Shown: piece after piece, positions 27,826-38,067 of the stretch
Layout of the letters: the number at the start of each line of letters is the position of its first letter
Position numbering within the stretch: position 1 is the stretch's first letter
Assembly (NCBI GenBank): GCA_041579295.1
Contig: JBFGGA010000002.1
Coordinates: 1-50,336 of the forward strand
Reading direction: 5' to 3'
DNA: 50,336 nucleotides
Origin: Myxococcota bacterium
GTDB taxonomy: Bacteria; Myxococcota_A; UBA9160; SMWR01
Notes under the pieces: generated by a model
The model's database searches: none
What the model was told of the DNA's origin: nothing
Seen by the model: the letters and a program-made list of their open reading frames with translations, nothing else
Made by a program: the position numbers and the translations under genes

Positions 27826-29099
27826 CGCCCGATGAGATCGCCGAGAACTTCGCGCGCCTGCGGGCCGCGGGTGAACGGCTCAAGCGGCGACCGATCGGCG
27901 AGGTGCTCGACGCACTCGGCGCGGTGCTCGACGCCTGGCGCGATCCGCGGTCCCACTGGCATCGCGACCTGATCGAGCGGCTGCCCGCGGCCACGGGATT
28001 CAGCGCACCGACGGTCGCAGAAGGGCTGCGCCGAGCACTCGAGGGATGGACGGGCGACGCATTGCGGAAGCTCGCGATTCGCGAGCTCGGCCCGATCGAG
28101 GCGCTCGACACCGCTGCGGATCGCAGGGTCTCGGGCTTCGAGACGACGGCCGTCCTGCTCGCGGGATCGCTCCCGATGCCGAGTCTGCTCGCGCTGATCG
28201 CTCCGCTGGCGGTGCGCTCGCCGGTGCTCGCCAAATGCGCTTCGCGCGATCCCCTGACGCCGCACCTCGTCGCCCAGTCGATCGCGGAGGCCGACGACGA
28301 GCTCGGGCGCTGCATCCGCGTCGCGGACTTTCCCGCCGCCGACGAGGGTTGCACGCAAGCGCTGCTCGAAGCGGACTGCATCTGGGCCACGGGATCGGAT
28401 GCCACGATCGCCGCCGTGCAGTCGCAAGTAAAGCCGCCCCGGCGCCTGGTCGCGGACGGGCATCGGTTCTCGATCGCGGCGGTCGCCGCGCCGGAGAGCG
28501 CAGCGCACCGCGCGGACCTGGCGCGGCGGCTGGCCGTGGACGTCGCGCTCTGGGACCAGCTGGGTTGCCTCTCGCCGATCGAGGTCTTCGTCGCCGATCC
28601 GGACCCCTCGCACGCGGCCGCGCTCGGCGAAGCGCTCGCGCTCGCGCTCGCCGACGCGGAGCGAAACTGGCCGCGCGGCTCCATCGATGCCAGCGCCGCG
28701 CACGCGATCGCGCAGCAGCGCGCGGAAGCCGAAGTGCGCCGCGCGGCGGGACGCGCGGTCGCGATCCACCTCAGCGACTCGACGGCCTGGACGGTGATCG
28801 TCGAAGACGGCATCGCGCCGAGGCCGGCCCCGCTGCATCGCTTCGTGCGCGTCGTCCCGGTGCCCGATCGCGAGCAGCTGCTCGCCGCGCTCGAACCCGT
28901 CGGCGCCCAGCTCGCCGCGGTTGCGGTCGAGGGCTTCGGCGAGGAGAGCGAACGGCTCGCGCGCGCGCTCGCCGAGCTCGGTGCCTCGCGCGTCTGCGCC
29001 CCGGGCTCGCTGCAGAGCCCGCCGCTGGATTGGCGCCACGGCGGGCGCGGCGTCCTCGCGCCGCTCGTCCGCTTCGCCGACATCGAGCCGCTCCGCTAG
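27822..29099 (+). CDS. LuxC-like acyl-CoA/acyl-protein reductase (aldehyde-forming)
   Basis: 425 aa. GTG start overlaps the LuxE-like stop (GTGA). It has a WDQLGCLSP segment matching the catalytic-Cys region of LuxC-type reductases. Position directly after the LuxE homologue. Confidence 0.8.
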   Translation: MTPDEIAENFARLRAAGERLKRRPIGEVLDALGAVLDAWRDPRSHWHRDLIERLPAATGFSAPTVAEGLRRALEGWTGDALRKLAIRELGPIEALDTAADRRVSGFETTAVLLAGSLPMPSLLALIAPLAVRSPVLAKCASRDPLTPHLVAQSIAEADDELGRCIRVADFPAADEGCTQALLEADCIWATGSDATIAAVQSQVKPPRRLVADGHRFSIAAVAAPESAAHRADLARRLAVDVALWDQLGCLSPIEVFVADPDPSHAAALGEALALALADAERNWPRGSIDASAAHAIAQQRAEAEVRRAAGRAVAIHLSDSTAWTVIVEDGIAPRPAPLHRFVRVVPVPDREQLLAALEPVGAQLAAVAVEGFGEESERLARALAELGASRVCAPGSLQSPPLDWRHGGRGVLAPLVRFADIEPLR

Positions 29100-29354
29100 C
29101 CGGCGACCGCGAGCCGCTCCGCCCGCGGCGCGGCCGCGCCACGCCGCGGGCGCATCCGCGAGATTCGCCGGCGAGCGGCGAGCCCCTCCCCGGCCCCCCC
29201 CGCAGGCGCGCGCGAGCGGATGGGCGGGCGGATGCGCGACAGCGCCGCTGGGCGCGCGGAACCCGGCCCCGGCGCTGGACGGGAGGCCCCAGCGGCCGCG
29301 AGGATTCGATAAATACTGGATTTCATTGATAAAAGGATTAATAAAGAACCGATC

Positions 29355-29393
29355 TGGTCCGATATTTACAGGACCTAATTGGTCCGATATCTT
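29355..29393 (+). promoter_or_regulatory. candidate suf promoter (TTTACA-17-TATCTT) overlapped by repeated operator-like motif TGGTCCGATAT
   Basis: TGGTCCGATAT occurs at 29355-29365 and 29380-29390. The arrangement is GGTCC-N10-GGACC-N5-GGTCC. The -35 lies at 29365-29370 and the -10 at 29388-29393, in an AT-rich island 46 nt upstream of the Rrf2 regulator ATG. Confidence 0.5.
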
Positions 29394-29438
29394 TCCAGCG
29401 TCGATCTACGGATCGACTGCAGCGCGAGCGAGTAGACG

Positions 29439-29930
29439 ATGTTTCGAATCAGCCGCGTCACCGACTATGGAATCGTCGTCATGGCCCATCTCGCCGAGCG
29501 CGGAGATGGCGACTCCCACAACGCGCGCGAGCTGGCGGAAGACACCCAGCTTCCCGCGCCCGTCGTGAGCAAGATCCTCAAGTCGCTGACGCGCGCGGGC
29601 CTGTTGGTTTCGCAGCGCGGATCCAAGGGCGGCTACAGCCTCGCGCGCAGCCCGCGCGAGATTCCGGTGGTCGAGATGATCACCGCGCTCGAGGGCCCGG
29701 TCGGAATCACCGAGTGCACCACGCACCCGGGAACCTGCGCGCAGGAGGCGAATTGCCAGGTGCGCGACCCGTGGCAGAGGATCAACGGCGCGGTGCACGC
29801 CGCACTCGCGAAGATCACGCTGGCCGACCTCGCCAAGCCGTTCGAGGCGAGCGGCCCCTTCGTGTCACTCGTCGGGATGGAGGGCGACGCGCTCGGCCGC
29901 GCTGCATCGGACGAGCGGCGATCGGAGTAG
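29439..29930 (+). CDS. Rrf2-family transcriptional regulator (IscR/SUF-regulator type)
   Basis: 163 aa. MFRISRVTDYGIVVMAHLA plus winged-helix SKILKSLTRAGLLVSQRGSKGGYSLAR. Three clustered Cys (CTTHPGTCAQEANC). Sits first in the suf operon. Confidence 0.85.
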   Translation: MFRISRVTDYGIVVMAHLAERGDGDSHNARELAEDTQLPAPVVSKILKSLTRAGLLVSQRGSKGGYSLARSPREIPVVEMITALEGPVGITECTTHPGTCAQEANCQVRDPWQRINGAVHAALAKITLADLAKPFEASGPFVSLVGMEGDALGRAASDERRSE

Positions 29931-29933
29931 GAG

Positions 29934-32172
<2,239 letters not shown>

Positions 32173-32176
<4 letters not shown>

Positions 32177-33510
32177 CGACCCTGGACGCCGCACAAGCGC
32201 ACTTCGTCTCGCGTTTCGGCGATTGCGAGGCCCAGCTCGCGGGCGCGGGTCCCGAATGGCTCGCCCCGATCCGGCGCGCCGCGATCGAGCGGTTCGCGCA
32301 GCTCGGCTTCCCGACGCGCAGGAACGAGGCGTGGAAGTACACCAGCGTCTCCGAGATCGCGAAGGCGTCGCTCGACCCCGAGCCCCCGGCGCGCGACGGG
32401 ATCTCGCGCGACGACGTCCGCGCGCTGCTGGGCGGTGATCGCTCCGAGGGCGTCTTCGTGTTCGAAGACGGCCGGTTCGCACCGGAGCTCTCGACGGGCA
32501 TCGCGCCCGACGGCGTGGTGATCGAGGGGCTCGCCGGCGCGCTCGAGCGGCGCCCCGAGCTGGTCCGCCCGCTGCTCGACCGCGCGGATCCGCTCGACAG
32601 GCCCTTCGCGGCGCTCAACGGGGCCTTCCAGCGCGACGGCGCGTTCGTCCGCGTGGCGGCGGGAGCCGCACCGGAGCGACCGATCCAGCTGCTCTTCGCC
32701 GCGAGCCCCAGCGCCTCCGGTCGCGTCGCGAATCCGCGCAACATCATCCGGATCGAGCGGGGTGCGAGGGCAACGATCATGCTGCGCTTCGAGTCCCTCT
32801 GTGGCGGCGTCTACTGGACGAATGCGCTGACGCAGATCCTGCTCGAAGACGATTCCGAGCTCGATCTCGTGAGCGTCCAGAGGGAATCCAACGCCGCCTA
32901 TCACTTCGCATCGTACGACGTCCACCAGGAACGCGACAGCCGCTTTCGCTCCCACCAGATCGCGCTCGGCGCTGCGCTCTCGCGCAGCGACATCTACGCG
33001 CGGCTCGCCGCACCCGGCGTCGACTGCGCGCTGAACGGGCTGTTCCTCGCCGATGGCGAACAGCACGTCGACAGCCAGACCACGGTGGACCACGCGAGCC
33101 CGCACGGCACGAGCCGAGAGCTCTACAAGGGAATTCTGGGCGGCCGTTCCCGCGGAGTCTTCAACGGATGCGTGCTGGTGCGCCCGGATGCCCAGAAGAC
33201 CGACGCGCGGCAGTTCAATCCGAACCTGCTGCTCTCCGACGAGGCCCGGATCAACACGAAGCCGACGCTCGAGATCTCGGCCGACGACGTGAAGTGCAGT
33301 CACGGTGCGACGGTCGGGCGCCTCGACGACGACGCGCTCTTCTACCTGCGCGCGCGCGGGGTGGACGAAGCGACGGCACGCGAGATGCTGACCGTTGCCT
33401 TTGCGTCGGAAATTCCGCGCGCGATTCCGCAGGAGTCGCTGCGCGCGCAGGTGGAGCGCATGATCTCCGCCAAGCTCGGGGGCGGCGCCGTGGCGCGGGG
33501 GATCGCATGA
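32173..33510 (+). CDS. sufD: Fe-S cluster assembly protein SufD
   Basis: 445 aa. GTGA overlap with sufC. C-terminal SufD motifs are present (KCSHGATVGRLDDDALFYLRARG). Confidence 0.9.
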
Positions 33511-34772
33511 CCGTCGCCGGCCAGGCAGCTGCGCAAACCGCGAACCGCCGGGTGCGCGACACCGCTCGATTCGATCCGCTCCGCGCGCGCAAGGACTTCC
33601 CGATCCTGCAGAAGGAGGGCTTCGTCTTTCTCGACAGCGCGGCGAGCGCCCAGAAGCCCCAGTGCGTCATCGACGAGATCTGCAATTGCTACAGCCGCGA
33701 CTACGCGAACATCCACCGCGGCGTCTACGAGCTCTCGGCCCGAGCGACCGCGAACTTCGAGGCCGTTCGCGCCGGCGCACAGCGTTTCATCGGCGCCGCC
33801 GAGGCGCGCGAGATCGTCTTCGTGCGCAACGCTACCGAGGCGATCAACCTGATCGCCGCGACCTATGGCCGCCGCAACGTCGGGCTGGGCGACGAGGTGC
33901 TGATCACCGAGATGGAGCACCACTCGAACATCGTCCCGTGGCAGATGCTCTGCGAGGAAAAGGGCGCGCTGCTCAAGGTGGCGCCGATGGACGACCGCGG
34001 CGCGCTGATCATGGAGGAGTTCGAGAAGCTGCTGTGCGCGCGGACGAAGATCGTCGCGGCCGCACACATCTCGAACGCGCTGGGAACCGTCAACCCGGTG
34101 GCGGAAATCACCCGGCTTTCCCGCGAGCACGGAGCCGCGGTCGTCATCGATGGGGCGCAGGCGGTGCCCCATCATCGGATCGACGTCGCGGAGCTCGACT
34201 GCGACTTCTACGCGTTCTCATCCCACAAGGTCTTCGGGCCGACGGGGGTGGGCGTGCTCTACGGCAAGGCGGCGCTGCTCGAAGCGATGCCGCCCTATCA
34301 GGGCGGGGGGTCGATGATCGAATCCGTCCGCTTCGATAAGACCACGTACGCGCACATTCCCCAGCGCTTCGAAGCCGGCACCCCGGACATCGCAGGAGTC
34401 GCGGGCTTCGGCGCTGCGCTCGCCTACGTGAGCGGGCTCGGCATCGACGCCATCGAGCGCCACGAACGCGAACTGCTCGCCTATGCGATGGAAGAGCTGG
34501 CCGATTTTCCGGGATTGCGGTTGATCGGTACCGCGCCGCAAAAGGCCGCGGTGATCTCGTTTTCGCTCGAGGGGGTGCACCCGCACGACGTCGGATCGAT
34601 CCTCGACCACGAGGGCATCGCGGTGCGCACGGGCCACCACTGCGCGCAACCCGTGATGGAACACTTCGGCGTTCCGGCGACGGTGCGCGCATCGCTCGCA
34701 CTCTACAACACCAGGGAAGACATCGACGCGCTCGTCCGGGCGCTGCATGTCGTTCGGGAAGTGTTCCGATGA
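33507..34772 (+). CDS. sufS: cysteine desulfurase SufS (group II)
   Basis: 421 aa. ATGA overlap with sufD. Motifs FLDSAASAQKP, HHSNIVPWQ, SSHKVFGPTGVG, RTGHHCAQP. Confidence 0.95.
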   Translation: MTVAGQAAAQTANRRVRDTARFDPLRARKDFPILQKEGFVFLDSAASAQKPQCVIDEICNCYSRDYANIHRGVYELSARATANFEAVRAGAQRFIGAAEAREIVFVRNATEAINLIAATYGRRNVGLGDEVLITEMEHHSNIVPWQMLCEEKGALLKVAPMDDRGALIMEEFEKLLCARTKIVAAAHISNALGTVNPVAEITRLSREHGAAVVIDGAQAVPHHRIDVAELDCDFYAFSSHKVFGPTGVGVLYGKAALLEAMPPYQGGGSMIESVRFDKTTYAHIPQRFEAGTPDIAGVAGFGAALAYVSGLGIDAIERHERELLAYAMEELADFPGLRLIGTAPQKAAVISFSLEGVHPHDVGSILDHEGIAVRTGHHCAQPVMEHFGVPATVRASLALYNTREDIDALVRALHVVREVFR

Positions 34773-35224
34773 GCTCTGATCTGCGCGATCTCTATCAGTC
34801 CATGATCCTCGACCACAACAAGCGACCGCGCAATTTCTGCAAGCCCGAGTTCGCCAATCGGTCCGCGAAAGGCATCAACCCGCTCTGTGGCGACCGAATC
34901 ACCGTGTACCTCGCCGTGGAGGAAGGCGTCGTCGAAGACGTCGGATTCGACGGCACGGGCTGCGCGATCTCGACGGCCTCGGCGTCGCTGATGACGCAGG
35001 CGATCAAGGGCAAGAGGATCGACGAAGTCGAGCGGCTGTTCGATGGGTTCCGCGAGATGGTGACCTCCGATCCCAGCTCGAGCGTGAACGCCGAGGGGCT
35101 CGGCAAGCTCTCGGTATTCTCGGGCGTCCGGGAGTTCCCGATGCGGGTGAAGTGCGCGACGCTCGCCTGGCACGCGATGCGCGAAGCGCTGCACGGCACG
35201 GGCGAGACGGCGACGACCGAATAG
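34769..35224 (+). CDS. sufU: SUF-system NifU-family sulfur-transfer/scaffold protein SufU
   Basis: 151 aa. ATGA overlap with sufS. Motifs NPLCGDRITV, GTGCAISTASASLM, RVKCATLAW. Confidence 0.9.
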   Translation: MSSDLRDLYQSMILDHNKRPRNFCKPEFANRSAKGINPLCGDRITVYLAVEEGVVEDVGFDGTGCAISTASASLMTQAIKGKRIDEVERLFDGFREMVTSDPSSSVNAEGLGKLSVFSGVREFPMRVKCATLAWHAMREALHGTGETATTE

Positions 35225-35256
35225 GTTGTTGCGGGCATCGACGACGGGTGATCGAA

Positions 35257-35700
35257 ATGGCGGAAAGCATGCAGTCGAAATCCGGAAGCGCTGAGCGGAG
35301 AGGCGCCGGCCAGGGAGGCCCGAGGGCCGACGAGGCGCCGCAGGAGCGGCCGCAACCCGGCCCGGGCGACGAGCGCGCCGAAGGCCCGATCGATCCCAAG
35401 GCGATCCGCGAGCAGGTGATCGCCCAGCTGAAGACCGTCTTCGACCCGGAGATCCCGGTCAACATCTACGAGCTCGGATTGATCTACAACGTCGACGTCG
35501 CGGCCGACGGGGCCACCGCGATCACGATGACGCTCACGACGCCCATGTGCCCGGCCGCGGAGGAGCTTCCGCCCGAGGTCGAGACGAAGATCCGCGGCGT
35601 CGCGGGCGTGACCTCCGTGCAGCTCGATCTGGTCTGGGATCCGCCCTGGTCGCCCGACATGATGTCCGATGCCGCCAAGCTCGATCTCGGGATGATCTAG
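35257..35700 (+). CDS. sufT: Fe-S assembly protein SufT (DUF59/MIP18 family) with low-complexity N-terminal extension
   Basis: 147 aa. The C-terminal ~100 aa carry VFDPEIPVNIYELGLIY and MTLTTPMCPAAE. The first ~45 aa are Gly/Pro/Glu/Arg-rich. Confidence 0.85.
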   Translation: MAESMQSKSGSAERRGAGQGGPRADEAPQERPQPGPGDERAEGPIDPKAIREQVIAQLKTVFDPEIPVNIYELGLIYNVDVAADGATAITMTLTTPMCPAAEELPPEVETKIRGVAGVTSVQLDLVWDPPWSPDMMSDAAKLDLGMI

Positions 35701-35701
35701 G

Positions 35702-35753
35702 CGCGAGAACTTTTCGGGTTCTCGCGACGCCGCGAGCGAACCGAAGGGTTCGC
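35702..35753. terminator. two hairpins after the suf operon; the second is a REP-family variant
   Basis: CGCGAGAAC-ttttcgg-GTTCTCGCG (35702-35726) starts 2 nt after the sufT stop. GCGAACC-gaag-GGTTCGC (35736-35753) is preceded by GCGA, as in the GCGAATCC REP copies. Confidence 0.5.
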
Positions 35754-35796
35754 CAACTGGCCGTCCGGGCGGCGACCGCCTACGGTCAGCGGCCTC

Positions 35797-36939
35797 ATGC
35801 TCGCGCTCTGTTACGGCGCATTCGTGGGCCTCGGCCTGGTCCTCACGCTGCTCGGCGCGAACCAGGCCGATCTCGCGCGGGATCTCGATCTCGACCTCGC
35901 GCAGACCGGCCTGCTCGCGTCGGCGCTCGCGTTCGGACTGCTGGTCGGGACGATCGGCGCGGGCCCGCTCTACGATCGCCTTCCGCGGCGCCCGATCTTC
36001 GCGGCGGCCATCCTGATCGCGGCGGGCGCGCTCTTCGGGTTCGGCGACGACATGAGCTTCGGTGGAGCGCTCGCGCGCTTCGCGTGCCTCGGGTTCGGAG
36101 CCGGCGCGTACGACACGATGTTCATCGCCGCGACCGCCGATCGCTTCGGCGCGCGCTCCGCGAAGCCGATGTCGCTGCTGCACACGGGAACCGCCACCGG
36201 CGCGATCCTCGGCCCGCTGCTGGTCGCCGCGATCGCAAGCCGCTCGCACTGGACGCACTCCTTCCACGCGGCCGGCATCCTCCACCTGGCACTCGCGGTG
36301 GCCGCGCTGCGGGTGCGACTCCCGTCGCACTCCCGATCCCCGGCGTCCGGGCCCGCCGGCCCGCGTGCGGCGCTCTCGATGTCGATCGCGCCGTTCGTCG
36401 TCGTGGTCTTCGCCTACCTCGGCCTGGAAGCCGCGCTCAGCGTGTTCGCGATCCCGTACGCGAGCGACGGCCTCTCCCTCGACGCGATCCGGGGGCAGAC
36501 CGCAATCAGCGCGATGTGGTGCGGCGTGCTCGCGGGCCGGCTCGGCGCCTTCCTGCTGAGGGGCAACGTCGACGGCCGCCTGCTGATCGCAGCCGGGCTC
36601 CTCTGTTCCGCGGTGATCGCGATCGGCGCCGCGATCGGCGCGAGCCAGATCGAGGCCCTCTACTTCTGCATCGGGTTCCTGCTGGGCCCGGTCTTTCCGG
36701 TGACCATCGCGCTGGCGGGACAGCGCTTTCCCAACGCGCTGGGGTCCGTGGTCGGCCTGTCGGTCGGACTGGGCTCGACGAGCGGCTTCGTCGTTCCGTG
36801 GCTCACCGGCGTCCTCGGAGATCAGGCGGGAATCGCGTCCGCGGTGAAGTGGCTGAGCGTCTGGGCGCTCGTGATCGCGATCGGCGGCGCGGCAATCGCA
36901 CGCGGTCGGGCGCGCGCCCCCGCCGATCGCATCGCCTGA
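35797..36939 (+). CDS. MFS transporter
   Basis: 380 aa with ~12 hydrophobic helices. MFS loop motif GPLYDRLPRRP between TM2 and TM3. Confidence 0.8.
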   Translation: MLALCYGAFVGLGLVLTLLGANQADLARDLDLDLAQTGLLASALAFGLLVGTIGAGPLYDRLPRRPIFAAAILIAAGALFGFGDDMSFGGALARFACLGFGAGAYDTMFIAATADRFGARSAKPMSLLHTGTATGAILGPLLVAAIASRSHWTHSFHAAGILHLALAVAALRVRLPSHSRSPASGPAGPRAALSMSIAPFVVVVFAYLGLEAALSVFAIPYASDGLSLDAIRGQTAISAMWCGVLAGRLGAFLLRGNVDGRLLIAAGLLCSAVIAIGAAIGASQIEALYFCIGFLLGPVFPVTIALAGQRFPNALGSVVGLSVGLGSTSGFVVPWLTGVLGDQAGIASAVKWLSVWALVIAIGGAAIARGRARAPADRIA

Positions 36940-37008
36940 GCGCGCGGCGGTCTTGGGGCGCGCAGGCCGATCGGATGCGATCGCGGGGCGATCGCGTAAG
37001 CTGATCAG

Positions 37009-37824
37009 ATGCGCGTGCGCGGCGCAGTGCTCCTCGTCGCACTGGTAGCGGGAATCGCCATGTGGGACCGAATCGTCGAATCGATGATCTTCTATCCGGA
37101 GCGCGGCGTCGCGATCACCCCGGAGCAGATCGGGGTCGACGGAGAGGAGACCTTCTTCCGCGCCGAGGATGGCGTGCGAATCCACGCCTTCTACCTGCCC
37201 GCCCCCGGCGCCCGTCGCGCGCTGCTGTTCCTGCACGGCAACGCGGGCAACGCCTCGCACCGCCTGCCCAACGCGGCGGAGCTGGTGCGGCTCGATTGCA
37301 GCGTCCTGCTGGTCGACTACCGGGGTTACGGGTTGAGCGAGGGCAAGGCGACCGAGGCGGGCGTCTACGCGGACGCCCGCGCCGGGCTCGCCCACCTGGT
37401 CGAGCAGCGCGGCTTTCCGGCGAGCCGCGTCATCGTCTTCGGGCGCTCTCTCGGGGGTGCCGTCGCGGTCGATCTCGCGCAGCAGCGCGAGCTCGCCGGG
37501 GTGATCCTCGAGAGCACCTTCCCTTCGGTCGCCGAGATCGTGTCGAACGGCCCCGCCGGCGCGTTGCTCGGCGGGCTCGCGGGCCGGCGCTTCGAGTCCG
37601 CGGCGAAGATCGGGCGCGTCCGAGCGCCGCTGCTCTTCTTCCACGGCGATCGCGACGAGGTCGTCCGCCACGAGCTCGGCCGGCGGCTGTTCGAGCTCGC
37701 CCCCGAGCCGAAGGCCTTCGAGACCGTCGCCGGTGCGGGCCACAACGACCTCACCTTCGTCGGGGGTCGCCCCTACTTCGAGCGCATCCGCGCCTTCCTC
37801 GACGAGGTCGCCCCCGGCCCCTAG
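37009..37824 (+). CDS. alpha/beta hydrolase (ABHD13/BEM46-like) with N-terminal membrane anchor
   Basis: 271 aa. HGNAGN motif, nucleophile elbow GRSLGG, and C-terminal GDRDEVV and GAGHND (Asp/His). Confidence 0.85.
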   Translation: MRVRGAVLLVALVAGIAMWDRIVESMIFYPERGVAITPEQIGVDGEETFFRAEDGVRIHAFYLPAPGARRALLFLHGNAGNASHRLPNAAELVRLDCSVLLVDYRGYGLSEGKATEAGVYADARAGLAHLVEQRGFPASRVIVFGRSLGGAVAVDLAQQRELAGVILESTFPSVAEIVSNGPAGALLGGLAGRRFESAAKIGRVRAPLLFFHGDRDEVVRHELGRRLFELAPEPKAFETVAGAGHNDLTFVGGRPYFERIRAFLDEVAPGP

Positions 37825-37995
37825 GCGCCCGACCCCGGTCCGCAGCGCGGCGGCGCCGCACCGCGCGCCCAACTGAAACCGCGCCCAAGCGGGGCCGCGC
37901 GCCGTTGGCACAGCGCCCGGGTGGGGCCCGCGCGCGCATGGGGCCGCGTCCGAGCGGGCCTGCGCGTCGATGGGGTCGAAGGTTCGGACGTTATT

Positions 37996-38014
37996 GAAAA
38001 TGAATTTCATTTTC
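37996..38014. promoter_or_regulatory. Fur-box-like perfect 9-1-9 palindrome upstream of the OprB-family porin gene
   Basis: GAAAATGAATTTCATTTTC has 14/19 identity to the E. coli Fur consensus GATAATGATAATCATTATC and perfect dyad symmetry. It sits in an AT-rich island 54 nt upstream of ATG 38068 and overlaps TTGAAA-17-TAATGT. Confidence 0.6.
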
Positions 38015-38067
38015 GTTAATGTCCACACGGGCCCTGGAAGATCGCGAGCGGCGAGGTCTGCCTTCGG

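Noticed and set aside
24045-29099. A lux (bioluminescence) operon, given LuxC/LuxE homologues and luciferase-like proteins in the same window
   Set aside because: No LuxD is present. The nearest LLM gene is short (281 aa), resembles F420/flavin oxidoreductases more than LuxA/B, and is separated from LuxE/LuxC by an opposite-strand folK. The gene order does not match luxCDABE.
34795-38028. 1077-aa minus-strand ORF spanning sufU, sufT, the MFS transporter and the hydrolase
   Set aside because: It is antisense to four well-supported genes, crosses their intergenic regions, and has an Arg-rich composition with no recognisable domain.
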